Positions 49,250 through 64,000 of a DNA stretch of 64,000 nucleotides are shown one piece after another (position 1 is the stretch's first letter; each line of letters opens with the position of its first letter). The notes under the pieces are model-generated. The model was not told where the DNA came from and searched no databases. It saw only the letters and a list, made by a program, of their open reading frames with translations. Source of the DNA: Nymphaea colorata. Taxonomy: Eukaryota. The translations under genes were made by a program, and so were the position numbers. The stretch spans positions 9,920,001-9,984,000 of the forward strand of contig NC_045138.2 in assembly GCF_008831285.2 (NCBI RefSeq), read 5' to 3'.

Positions 49250-50700
49250 TGTTATAGGTCACCAAGATATCTTCCTTTTCTATAAGCAGCTTCTTACCAG
49301 GCTGAGCTCTACTTCATGTCCCTCTTCCTTTCAAAGTTTAATCTTTGTATGTGATTGCTGCAAATATGGTAACCATATTGAATTTCTTGATATTCACTTT
49401 TAGACTTAGCTCTCATTCAAAATCTAAACCTCTTTCTACTTACCCTCCTTCCCCTCAGCTCTTAGAATAAGCCAAGGTGTAGCATATCTTTACCAATTAT
49501 GCCTCCTCTTCCTCCACCTTATCAAGTTATAAACCTAGTGGCATGCACCCCATATAATCAAATCTCATCCCCTTCCTTCCTCCTAGGTTGCTTCTCGGTT
49601 GCTTCTCTTGTGCATCACAAAATTCCTTGCCCATGCATCATAACTTTCAACAAACCACCTGAAAAGACACCAACCAGTATTTTTCTTAGCCATATTTCCT
49701 TTGAAGATGGTCTATCTCTATATTTTGTATTCTTTCCTAACTGCTTATCAATGAATTATTTCTTTCCCAAAATTTTCTCACATGCTATAGTACATGCCTC
49801 ATGATTTTGTGCTCGATCATGTTGTGCTTATTAGTTGCATCTTCTTTACCGCATAGATGACAACTATTAGATACTGCAGTTTATATTTTATTTAGCTTGT
49901 CTTGAGTGAGTAGCTTTTCCTACCAAGCAAAATATGGAAACCAATGTATTTTTGTGGGGACATCATTATCTTATATATCACTTCATCAGCTATCTATGAT
50001 CCTTGCATCATATTCCTTTTCCATATATGTTCATCTAGTAGCTCCATCTTCTCCTTACCTCTCACTTGACTAGGATATCCATATCTTTCTTTAGCCTCAT
50101 AGTTTGTAACTCTATTTTGATTTAATATGATAACCATGTTATTGAGCTAAAGTTGTACTTGACCTCCCTTATACTTGTACCTAGGTTAAAGAGGAATCAA
50201 TTACAACACATTTCTTCTGTCTCCTTCACTACAATTGATCTATCCACAACAAATTTGATCATCTCTCTGTTCCCTGCATGTTTTTCCATTCCTATAATCG
50301 TTTCCATTGTTTTCCATCTGAAGTTCCCCATGCATGATTCCAACTGCTGTATGACTACCCAAAAGATTTTGAAAATCTGCATCTAATAGATGGATATCAT
50401 TGCTATGTTATGCATAATCAAAGACAACCTCTTCTATATGAGAGAAGATTAGCTTTTTCATCTCATTAACTTCCATTTTTTTTCATCACCATCTCTATGT
50501 GCATTGTCTTTCTTAAGTTATCTTCAAAAATCAAAACCCCTAAACATTTCATTGGGAGTTCCTTCACATTTTATCCTAGAATTGCAATAAATCTTGTGAC
50601 CTCTAATGACCCCATTTTGAGAGGAAGGGACTCTAGATTTTTTCTTATTCACCTTCAATCTCATTCTTTATTCTATGTCTTTGAAGAATTTATATAATTC
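49250..50700 (-). mobile_element. Possible very old non-LTR retrotransposon (RTE/L1-like) relic
   Basis: Only faint RT-like word remnants on the minus strand (e.g. LSLKVNIKK); no intact motif; boundaries uncertain. Confidence 0.25.
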
Positions 50701-51312
50701 TTTTATTGGTTTCTCGGATGCCTTGCTAAAAAAGATTACATTGCCAATGTCACATAATAGTATTTATTTTCTCTTGCATAAAATCTATATGGAATGGGAC
50801 TATCATTCATTCTCCAATTTGGAGTACTATGATGAGTTCCTTAAGAAAATTAATAAAAGAATAAAACATGTGATTCATCAATTGATGGGCTATTGGATTA
50901 TGTCATTCAAGCTCCCAAATGCAATTACCAGCAACCAAGAGAGGATTTGTTGTCGCTTCATAAGGAGAGATAGTGAACAAGGCAGAAAGTTGCATGTCAT
51001 TGGCTAGAAGCTACTTTACAAGCCCATTAATGAAGGAGCAATTGGAATGCCAACCTCCATATATACAAGAAAACTTCATCACTGTTCCTGGCCTTCTAGA
51101 TTTCCAGCTCCCACTCTTTATGGGTGCAGCTGTCCCAAATCAAATACTTGAAAAGATGTAACTTATGAACTAGCAAAACTAAAGCCACGCATTGTTAGGC
51201 ATGGAAAGGCTTTTAGTAGGGATGGGAAGAAATTATCACATGCTTAGCTAAAATATTGGTGATGGTTACAACACACAGTTTTGGCTAGATTATTAAGGAT
51301 GAGGCATTGCAT

Positions 51313-51368
51313 CTTATTTGATCTCACATGAGGATGACGCCTTATTTGATCTCACATGAGGATGATGC
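51313..51368. repeat. 28-bp tandem duplication
   Basis: CTTATTTGATCTCACATGAGGATGA(C/T)GC twice. Confidence 0.9.
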
Positions 51369-51852
51369 AATATACATGAAGTTCTTGGGGTGCATAATAG
51401 CACAAGTAATCAAAGATTACTTGCAAGAGGATTTGCATACTTTGAGGTATCCTTGGATAAACATATCATTGTGTCACACAACTTAACACTGTGAGAGACA
51501 TATTGATATGGGAAAATGAGAACATGAGACACATTACAAGAATGGAAATTTACAAAAAGATTTGGGAGTTAGGGGGACATATAAATTTAATGTTTCAATA
51601 TGGAACAACACCATTGCAAGAGCTAACTGGACAGCCTTCTTAGCAATTAAGGGCTGGCTGGACTTGTGACAAACTTCAAGAGATTAGATTTCAATTCCTA
51701 AATAGAAGTGATGTTTAAATGAGGTTCAATGAATCCCAATGCATACTTTTTTTAATTAAAAATCTGCCTCAGAGGTGTGGAGATTTTAATTTCATAAATT
51801 CAATGTGGAGATCATGTCTATTGAATCTCTTAGTGAATTATGGAGGTGGGGC

Positions 51853-53689
<1,837 letters not shown>

Positions 53690-53690
<1 letters not shown>

Positions 53691-54783
53691 AGCACACCTT
53701 TCATGTGGAATGCATATTCTTGACTTGAAGAGGAGAATCCTTTTATGGACATGGTTTTCACATTGATTTATTTTGTTTCCTTTATAAATAATATATTTGC
53801 ATTGAATTTCCTAAATCTACAAGCTATGATAATGGATGATTAGCATGATTCATGAAAAACACCTTCATGCATCATCTTCATAGCTAGTTATGCCACAATT
53901 TTTTTTTTTTGTTTCCTTATCATGTATCCATGAATTATTTCTGCTATTTTTTATACACGATCAAGCATTTATCATGGTGTTCTATGATTTTCAGTGTGAT
54001 CCATGTTTTAGAGATATGGATCCTTTAGTCCGAGCCAAATCTTTTTTCTTAAGAATTCAGTTTTTCGGTGAACCTTGAAAAAACTATATCTCTCAATCTA
54101 TGAACCATATTGATGAATTGTAAAAGCCAATGGTTTCTCCCATGTGTCTAGTTCGTCTTCATTAAATTTCATTAGTATCTAATTTGATTCGGTTTATTTT
54201 TTGTATGTTTTTCTAAAACATAATTTCTATAGTTTTTGGATTGCAGGAAAATTGGTCCTGAAAATTTGTGAACTTTGGAACTCAACAAGTCAAGTTCCAT
54301 GACTCTGATTCTCATTCTGTAAAAGCCATAGGTTTCTTATGTGTGCCTATTTGGCACACCAAGTTTCAAGTGAATCCAAGTTGATTTGATGAGTCATTGA
54401 ATAAAAAAAGTTAGAATAGATTTTTATCACAAATTTCTAAAATGTTCCGTCATAGTAGTTCTGGTCAAAGTTTCTTATGCCATAACCTTTTTTTCAAACA
54501 TAGTTTCTTCATGTTTTAAATGGAGACTTATCATTTGTTATGCCAAAATTCTTTGGCCAATATCAAGCCAAAGCAGGTCCGTTTTCATAATCAAATTTCA
54601 TCTTATAGGAGGTTTGTTGAACATAGTTTTTTGTTATTACTATACAATCATATTTTTGTTTTATGTTCACCATGCCCTCACTTTTCACCCTAATGGTGTT
54701 TTCAAATCTGTCAAATAGGTCTAATTCTTTGTTAAGGAAAGAGTTTATCTACCAAATTTCAAGACAAACCGTGAAGTTTTGGT
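53690..54783. repeat. Unclassified AT-rich insertion interrupting copia-4 (possibly DNA-transposon subterminal region)
   Basis: Abrupt end of gag homology; internal repeat GTAAAAGCCA..GGTTTCT...ATGTGT at ~54120 and ~54320. Confidence 0.4.
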
Positions 54784-57012
54784 TGTTAAAACTTGCAAAC
54801 CCAAACCATGAAAATGATTGAAAAAAAATTGTTGTTATTAAGATCTTCTCTTCAATACAAGAGTAGTAGCACTTGACATCTTGCTGCTGAGAAGAAGCAG
54901 CAACTCCATGAGGGTTGTAACCTGAACCTATTTACTAAATAAACAACAAAAGTCCAGACTAACCTCACTAGTGAAGAGCTTTTCAATATAAACCTAACCC
55001 TTAGACATAATAAATAATAGAACATACAACATAAATACATACAAATGGACAATCATAGACTTTGACACTAGCTTAAATAGAAGACTACTCAAACATTTTA
55101 GCACTCCCCCCAAACTTGGCATGATTAAGGGACAACATGATAAGTTTGTCAATAAAAGTTCTAAATTTTGATGGTGATAATCTTTTAGTAAATATGTCCA
55201 CAATTTGAACTTCTGATTTTGTATATTCAAAAGAAATTAGCAGTGCTTGATATTCCCTTCTTGTAAAGTCAGCCAATCTCAACATGCTTTGTTCTCTCAT
55301 GAAACTCTGGATTTTTGGCATTGTGGATTGCACTCATCTTCTCCACATCAATCTGGTTTTATTATTAGTTGGAACCCTAATCTCTCTTAACTGCCATCTT
55401 ATCCAAATTATTTCAGCTATAGTTTGTGCCATATCTCTATACTCAGCTCCAGCAGTAGATAGAGTTACTTTTTGTTGCTTCTTACTTTTTCATGAAATCA
55501 TAGTACCAAGATACAACAACAGTGGTGAAAATTATATAACAAACCAATCCATTAAAGTCGGCATCACAATAATCTAGAAGATCCTTGGAATTTGAAGAGG
55601 AAAAGAGCATACCATAGTCCATAGCATCTCTTGCATACTTGATACTTCTTAATACAACAGCAAGAAAAGTTGTTTTGGGGTCACTCATAAGCCAACTCAC
55701 CACATGAACTGCATATGCTATGTCAAGCTTAGAGATAGTGACAGCTTCCAACAGGTTGCTTATAATCTATAGGATCTTCTAATTTTTTTTTTCCTTCAAA
55801 AGGATTTAGTTTTCACATTTTCATCCATCAAAGACTCTTCCTTTTTCTTCCATTATGTAATCTAGCCATAGTCATGAGATCAGCTGCGTACTTATGTTGC
55901 GACAAGAACAAACCCCTTTGCAAATAAGCAACTTCTAGTCCTAGGAAGTACTTGAGAAACTCAAAGTCCTTCATCTCAACAATTGTGCTAATTTTATTTT
56001 TGTTTCATCAACAACATCAAGATAATCTTCAATAATGATCATATCATCTACATATAAAAATAACAAGTATTTTCCTGTTTTGTGGAGGGTGCAAATAAGG
56101 CTGGATCATGAAAGTTTTGACTAAATCCAATGTCTTTAATTGTTGAGCTGAACTTTTCAAACAATCTTGGAGCTTGTTTTAGTCTGTATATGTCTCCCTT
56201 CAATTTGCACACTCTTGAAGAGTCCTAATAGTGGTCATATGCGATATATGGGGCAAATGTCTTGGAATAGTCTATCCCAAGCTGCTAAGCTACTGAGTAT
56301 AGGCTTTTGCAACTAGTCTTGTCTTGTAGCTTTCAATTGTTCTGTCTGCCTTTGTCTTAATTTTAAACACCTACTTGCAACCAACAACTTTCTTTCTTGG
56401 AGGAAGTTTCATTAGATCCCAAGCATTCATTCTTTCTAGAGCATTCATTTCCTCCACCATAGCAAGTTGTCATTTCTAGTTAGATGCAACTTCCTCATAG
56501 GACTTGGGCGGCTCTACTAATTCTCTATCCAATGGTTTAGATTTCTTGAGAAATGGTACATGGATTTTTTTTTTCATTCTTTGATAAACTTAATTGACAT
56601 CTCTTTCTTTTCTTGTTTCACTTTGATCATTCCTTTTTCTTTACACTCTAACTGTTTTTTTTTTTTTACTATTACTCTCAAAGGAATATGCCATTGGAAC
56701 AGGCAAGTCTACATTATGAGTCTTTTTCATTCATTCTACTTAAGCAAAATATAGCTCATGCGCATGAAAAGATACGTCTAGATATTCACATTGTTTTTAC
56801 AACTAGATCATTAACATTTGTAACTCATTTTATCTCCCAAGAATCCTAAGAAAAAAACACTTTGAAGCCCAAGGAGAAAGTTTATCTCTTAACTATTTTG
56901 GTATACGTATGAAACAAGCACACCCCAACCTTTCATCATGTTATAATTTGGTTTCCATGTAGGCAACTTTTTATAGGGGATATTCCATTCAAGACTTCTG
57001 ATAGCATACAGT

Positions 57013-57910
57013 GAAAGCAGGCATTAGCCCCTGGGCTGGCCTGATTTTGATAGAGGTAAGTCTGGCTTGATTGGGTAATTGTCGGGCCCGTGGATTGGGC
57101 CAGGCCCAAAGTTAGTTGGTATGGGGCCCAAACCTTCTGCCCGACAGGTGGGCCAGCCCAACTTTTTTTCTAAAAACCAAAACTTTAACATGCTATCAAT
57201 AGGCCGATCCATTAAGAGTCGATCTGATCCATCAGACCTTGTCACACAAACTAGGTGAGCCTTGCCCTTATTTATAAAAATTATTGAGGCAAGTTTTTTT
57301 TTTACTAATATCGATACAAGAAATGTTCAACAAGAGATGTGCTTTCCTTTAATTCTTAGATAAAGGAATGAAAAAAAATCTCAAAAGTGGTGCACCATAT
57401 AAAAAGGAAGATCATTTTCTAATATCTTGAAAGGAAAGGCCACCTTCTTTAATGTCTTGAAAGCTATAATTTACTTTTTTGGAAAGGGGTAAGAGAAAAG
57501 AAAGTAAAGAAAAAGATAAGAATTTGAGAAATGCCAACCGAAAAACACATTATACAATGAGTCATCTGCCTAAAGAACGTATTGTATCTATTGGGTCTAT
57601 TGAGGCCCATTGGTAATTCACTTTTTTGGATAGGGGTAAGAGAAAAGAAAGTAAAGAAAACATAAGAATTTGAGGAATGCCAACCAAAAAACACATTATA
57701 CAATGAGTCACCAGCCTAAATAACTTATTGTATCTACCGGGTCGGTCAAGCCCCATTGGGTCCACAGCCTAGGCCCGAGCCCAGCCCATTTGTTTTCAAG
57801 TCAGGCTATGCTTGACTAATCTTGGCCTGAGAGGCCAAAACCAAGGCTCAGGCCTATTTCAGGCTAGGTATCGAGTACTCGATAGGTATTCAACCCAATG
57901 CCTAGCCTTA
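57013..57910. mobile_element. hAT-type MITE inserted in the copia-5 integrase region
   Basis: Decayed TIRs GAAAGCAGGCATT / AATGCCTAGCCTTA; 8-bp TSD CATACAGT/CGTACAAT (two transitions); GGGCC/GGCCC subterminal motifs. Confidence 0.7.
57467..57759. repeat. ~147-bp tandem duplication inside the MITE
   Basis: TAATT.ACTTTTTTGGA.AGGGGTAAGAG...CCCATTGG at 57467 and 57614. Confidence 0.9.
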
Positions 57911-60874
57911 CGTACAATTTATATGATATACCTCCATCTACATAACATCAGCCCAATAGCACTTTGGAATACCAACAGCAAAAAAAAAGATCTTTTCAAT
58001 ATGTGTATGTTTTTCTTTTTTGATATGTCAGTCTATTTATGAGTATAAGGACAAGATTTGTCATGCAATATGCCTTTCTTCTGCAAGTTGTTTCAAATGA
58101 TTGATTAATATATTCTCCCCTTGAGTCTGAGTTGTAAAAATTTTATTTAGTTGGGAATTGAGTTTCAACCATAACATATAAAATCTTTCAAATATTTCAA
58201 GAAGCTCATTTTCATTTCTCATAAAATATATTCATGTAAACCTTGTACAATTATCTATAAATTTTACAAAATAAGTAGACTTTCCCTTTAACAAAATGGG
58301 TGATGGACCCCAAATGTTAGAGTGAATCAGATCAAATGATTTTTCTGACTCTATTTCTCTACAATAAAAAGATAAGGCATGAGTCATTGATAGCCTACAA
58401 TTTTCACAATTCTTTCATCATCAAATATCACAATCTTAGATCCATCAAAAAATTCCAAAATGTACTTCAGTTTACATGCAGAAATATGACTCATGCCAAA
58501 GTATTGATTCATCATTTGCTGATACATAAGCTATGCCTTTCTCTCTCTACGCAAGGCTCATATCCAACTTGTCAAGATAGTACAAATCTCTTTTCTTATG
58601 GCCAATTTCAATCCTCTTCTCTGATCGTTGATCTTATACAACACAATCCACAAGAGAAAAAGTAACCGTACAATTTTGTTTAGTAATTTAACCAATAGAA
58701 ATTGAATTCATGGTAAGAGAAAGAACGTGATATACATCACCAATATGTAGATTGCTCCCATGACAAGATTTTGGAAGTAATAGAACCTAATTTGGTAATA
58801 GACATAAGGGAGCCATTTGCATTTTTGAAAGAAAAAAAGCCAAAACAAGAATGACAATTAGTTAGTAGGACTTTTGTATGTCATGTGGCATGAGGTACCT
58901 AACTTTAGTAGCTAATTAGAGTTTACTTGGGAAACACCTGCAAATGAATCACCTTGAGGGGACACAGATTATGTAGAGGGTTTAAGACCACTATGCACAA
59001 GAAGTTGTTGAATGCTTTCAAGAATATGGGCATGAGACAACTAACTCTTATCTCCAAAAGAAGAGTCTTCTTTTTGCTGTATTCCAAACATATGCTTTCT
59101 GTTATTTGTTTTTTCATCTCCAGATAGACTAACTACATAGACTCCGCTTCTTTTCTTTGGAATTGGACAATTAAATTTCAATATGCCCCAATTCTTTACA
59201 TAATTACACCGAACATTGTTCATATCTCTTTCAAACACTTTACCTCCCCCTCCTTTTCTACAAATGATTTGGTTAAGGAATCTTCAATTACCTTCCTACC
59301 AAGAGACTTATTTTTAGTCTCTTCAGCCATAAGTTTGGGTATTGTCTGGACCAAAGAAGACAGATTTTGGCGATGCAAAATTCCATTTCTTATGCTTTCA
59401 AACTCAGCCCTCAAAGCCATCAATAAGTCTATAACATGTTGCTGGTTTCTCACATTAGATTCTAGCCTTGTATATTCAATACATTCCTTACATTTGTTGC
59501 ATTTCGCATTGGAAAGTATCATGGCTAAATCGTTTGATATTTGTTGAAACTTTACAAAGAATGCTTGAATGGATTCATCTCTTTGCCTTAGGCTTCTCAA
59601 ACCTTGAGCCAGTTGGTATCTCCTTGCTCAATTAAACTAAACCTTCATTAGTTAGAGATATTCCCAAATATCTCGTACACTCTAAATTTAATTATACTTA
59701 GAGCCATACTAGGCTCCAGGCTCTAAGTAGCCAAGATTTTACTTTTGTATTGTTCTTGTCCCACTCACTATAAGAAGTCTCAAAGTCATCATCATCATCC
59801 TCTAGTTTCCTCTTAGACATGTTATGTATTTCCAATATTTGAAACCTTTCAAAACAACTTTCATATATTCTACCCAGTATGTGCAGTTTGACCCATCAAA
59901 TTTGACTATCATTACTTGCAAAACTTCTTTCTTATCCACATGTACACAATTCACTAGTCAAACTACAGTTGTAGAAAAATGACATTGACTGTGATATTAT
60001 CAAAACAAAGCAATTGAGATGCTGACAAGTTGTACAGTCTGAGCAAAGACAGATATAACTGATACCCCAACAAAACAAAGTGGCTATGATATCAAAAACA
60101 TAAAATATTCTAACCTTATGGCATTAGAATATCACAAGATATCAACCATAGGCAGGCATCCCTCCAATGACAAAGACATGATGGCATTATGGCCTTGGAG
60201 TAACACTAAACAAGAATATAAATTGGATGCAATCAAATAGTTGGTCAACGACTCAAACTACTAGGCTCTATTATATAAGAGTAAAACACAGCCACAACAA
60301 GGAGAATAAAGAAGAAACTACAATGGGTGCCAAAATGAACTTAACCTAGTTCCAAGCATAAACAAAATAAGGTTTGACAACCAGATACCTTATCCAAGAT
60401 TGACCCAAAACAAACCTCATACCTCAAAATCCACACTCAACTATAAACTAGCCACCTTCATAATAGAAAACAAAGAGTCTTCCTCTAAAATGAGATAGTG
60501 TTTAGTCCTCCCACACAATATTATATGCGCACTTGCTCTGGTATCATGTTAGATATTGCAAACCCAAACTATGAAAATGATGAAATTTGCTATTATTAGG
60601 TTCCTCTCCTCAGTACAAGAGGAGCAGCACTTGACATTTAGCTATTGAATATAAGCACCAACTATATGAGGGTTTGACCCTAACTTATTTACTAAATATG
60701 ACAACAAAAGACCAAACTACCCTCGCCAGTGAAGCCCAAAATAAAGTCTAACCCTTAGACATAACAAATAGAAGAACATACAACAGAAATGCATACAAAT
60801 GAATAATCAAGGATTTTTTACTGTAAGTCAAATGGAAGATTACTCAAACATTTTAACATTGATATGGTTTTCAT

Positions 60875-63800
60875 TGTAACGCTCGATTTGTTTTGGCAGG
60901 TGGGTTGGATCGGGCCCAGATCCAGACCCGAGCTCCACTCATGGAAGGGAGCCCGACGTCGCCTTCCTCTCCCTCGTCTTTCCCTCGTCTCCCTCGTTTC
61001 CCCTCTTCGTCTCTCCCTTTGCTACGACCACAACGCAGAGAAGAGGAAGACAGAGGTCAGTGTAGCGGGCAACGGAAGTGGACTGCAGCGGCCCTTAGGT
61101 AAACCAGCTGTCTCTCTTTCTGTCTCTTCCTCTCTCTCCTGTGTTATTCCCCTTTCTGTCAGCCCTCTCTCCCGCACTTTCTCTCTGTCCATGCTCTCTG
61201 CTCGAGCCCTCTCCCCTCTGTCTGAGCGCTCTCTCTGCACGCCCTCTTCCTCCCACGCATCCTTGCATACTCTCTCTCTGCCTGCACTCTCCCCTCTCCG
61301 TCAGCACCCTCTGCCCATGCCCTTTTCCTCTCTCACAGCCCCTTTTACCACGACCGTGGGCCTCTTCTAATGACAGACCCCTCTTCTAAACCTCCTTTTC
61401 ACCGATTTTGATTCTCTTATCGCTGTTTGATCGGATTTCAGCTTGGGGACGTGTTCTTTCCCCTCATAACAGTGGCTAGAACGCGTTGGTGGTGGAGGCA
61501 GCGATCAATTTTGGGCATTGGCACTTGATCGAACGCTTAAAGTAGCTGCCAAGAACATTGCGGCAGTTTGGACACTAAATTTGGTGTGAGCAAAGCCTAA
61601 TCGAGTTTAGATTGTTATAAATTTTTTGTTGGAGTACGTATAATTATTGTTTGAGCATGATAGAATTAAAAATTGATGATTTAGAAGACATGCTAGAGAT
61701 GTCGCTATTTTGGGGAAGGTCTAGGACTCATGTGGAGGGACGATGATCCATGTCTACAATGATCTAATAAGCATGATGGGTTGATTTTCGAAGCAATTAG
61801 GAAGCATGGTAGAGATTGTATTGTTGTGGAGAACGTTTAAAGTCTTTTTAGCGAGCTTGAGAGATATGTTGCTATTGATGTGCATATATGTTGTATGTTA
61901 TGGTGGGGAAGAGCCTCAACTAAGGAAAACAAGTGAGAATCGCACATGTGATAAGTCGAATATAAGTTTGAGTTCTAATCATTGGTGGCAACCTCGAGGG
62001 TTGGGAAGAGACCCTTTTTGGAGGGCTTCGTGGGTCGACACCCATTTGAGGCGAAGACATGCCTCGATGATGGTATTTTCAGATTTGTATCGATTGTACA
62101 ACGATGCGAATAGAGAACTTATCGTTTGACTGTGGTTGCAGGTACACCGAGCACGTCAAGTAGGCCTTGAGCAAGGTGGGTTGTAGTTCGAAGTGTTTTG
62201 TGGACGTGCGATAGGTATGGTGACATTCCAAGCAAATCCCTACCTTGAGCCAATTTGTGAATGTGTGTTCCAGGATTGTTGGATCCTCAGATTGTGATGT
62301 GATTGAATGAATGTATACATAAGATTGAATATATGTGATTAGTTTTGTTTTTTTGTTAAATGACTATGAAATTGCATGTGCATGCTAGAATTGATAACTG
62401 CATAGGACAGATAAGGTGGGGTATCGAGTCGAGTGTCTCTTCGACCCCAAGCATGCATTAGAAAGCATCATAGAATGATAATTGTCTAGGACAACTACGA
62501 GCTAATCACGAATCGAGACTACTCATAGTGGTTTGGCTAAGTTTTGAAAGATGCGACTGACGGGTATGATTATGAATGTTGTGATTTGTTGCACATGCAT
62601 TGCCATGGACAATGATGCAATTAAATGAATTGAATGGTAGTTGTACCCGTATTGTTATGACGGCTAGCTAAGACCGTTAATGTTATGTGTAGCCCTCGTA
62701 TGGAGGCAATTGGAGGTGTGGGTGCACTTGTGAAGTGAACCAACCTCATGAGCTAGCTAGTCATGTTGTGAATGATTTGTCATGTGACAAGTTTTGTTTT
62801 GGAAAGCTATTAGAAACTCGCTTTGAAAATTGTTACGCATTTATATGTGCATGTTAGAATTGACAACTGTTTATGACAGATGAGGTGGGGTATCAAGTCG
62901 AGTGTCTCCTCGACCCCGATTGTGCATTAGAGAGCATCATAGAATGATAATTTCATATGACAGCTACGAGCCATCACGGATCAAGTCTACTCTCCGGGAT
63001 TTGGCTAAATTTTGAAAGATGTGAATGATGTGTTTGATAAGATGTGAGTGCTTATGAATGTGAATACTATGAATTGTTGCATATGCATTGCCGCGGGCAA
63101 TGATGCAAGTGAATGAATTGGAGGGTAGTTGTACTCGTACTGTATGACGGCTAGCTAAGACTGTTAATGTTATGTGTAGCCCTCGTGTGGAAGCAATTGA
63201 AGGTGTGGGTGCACTCGTGAAGTGTACCACCCTCATGAGCTAGTCAGTCATTTTGTGAATGTACTATTATAATAATAATGAAAGAATAAGAAATGAGAGG
63301 CCAGTGGGATGTGGCTATGTGTTTAGGAGACGTCCCGCTTTCGCCACTGGTCTTGTCTGTTTGGAGTGCAGGCGGTGCAAGGCCCCAGGGTACTTTTGTA
63401 TGATGTGCTTGGAGCGTTGGGCTCCCGCCTTCCCAACCTAGGTGTCCTAGGGAAGACTGAGTATCTCTCCTTGGAATTCACACATCCATGGATGAGTATT
63501 CTACCGCTGCAGCAGATGAATGGATCCATACTGGTATGGGCCACCGCGGGGGTTGTCTCTCGGCTATGGGCCACCCACCCATGGTGTGCATGTACTTGTG
63601 TTTGCACCCATAGGAACTGTCAATTCACTGAAGTTATTGAAAATGAAAAGTATATGAATGAAATGTATATGATTGATGTGCATGTGAATGACATGTTTAT
63701 TTGTGCCTTACATGTGAATTGAAAACATGTTACTATGGCCCTTTAGTGGCCTTTACATGTCGTGGTATATGTTAGGGGCCTTCTTGGCAAATGATGTGAC

Positions 63801-64000
63801 TATGCCCTGACACGACATGATGATGATTTGTTTTATGATTGTATATTCTCATATTTGAGCCCTACCTAAGAGGGCTTGGGATTTTCCTAGCTTGGCTTGT
63901 AGTCATAGTGCGAAGGCTAAGCCTTCAGTTGTTTCTTTTTTCAGGTTTTGGCGGACCCGGGGCAGCAGATTGATCAGATGGCTTCACTCACATCCTACTG
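60875..64000 (+). mobile_element. Ty3/gypsy (Tekay/Del-like) LTR, same family as 3425-6339, truncated by window end
   Basis: Starts TGTAACGCTCG; collinear with the reverse complement of 6339 to ~3665. Confidence 0.9.
62375..63260 (+). repeat. ~470-bp-period internal tandem duplication in the gypsy LTR
   Basis: ATGTGCATG.TAGAATTGA...CTCATGAGCTAG at ~62375-62775 and ~62845-63260; single copy (~4375-4775) in the solo LTR. Confidence 0.9.

Larger units (their letters stand above)
54784..60858 (-). mobile_element. Ty1/copia (copia-5), full length, decayed, with nested MITE
   Basis: LTRs 54784-55103 (3') and 60547-60858 (5'); decayed PBS 60535-60546; PPT 55104-55111; TSD TTGGT/TTGAT; gag (LMALRAEFESIRNGIL), RT (LDIAYAVHVVS), RNase H (QIVDIFTK) remnants. 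Confidence 0.9.

Overview
Repeat-rich plant (angiosperm-type) nuclear DNA; I found no prokaryotic features. One host gene is supported: a 6-coding-exon RRM RNA-binding protein of the RBM38/RBM24/SUP-12 (plant ARP1-like) family (+, CDS 20462-40067, 285 aa). Its 18.3-kb second intron is packed with transposons: an old hAT relic with a nested hAT MITE, a young near-intact Ty1/copia, a second hAT derivative, and a full-length hAT with a single nonsense codon. Upstream lie a decayed copia (471-8945) interrupted by a 2.9-kb Ty3/gypsy (Tekay/Del-like) solo LTR and a full-length but decayed L1 LINE (12892-19132) with a 16-bp TSD. Downstream is a nested cluster of three more decayed copia elements, a MITE, and a second copy of the gypsy LTR running off the window end. 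The most interesting signals are: (i) a palindromic module of MSA-consensus (mitosis-specific activator) motifs just upstream of the TATA box, conserved across three related copia LTRs and precisely deleted from one 5' LTR; (ii) splice signals and palindromes conserved between two diverged gypsy LTR copies; (iii) a perfect 186-bp palindrome inside an old LTR; (iv) a GC-rich fold-back element. Coordinates were read by eye, divergence figures are rough manual counts, and no database searches were run.
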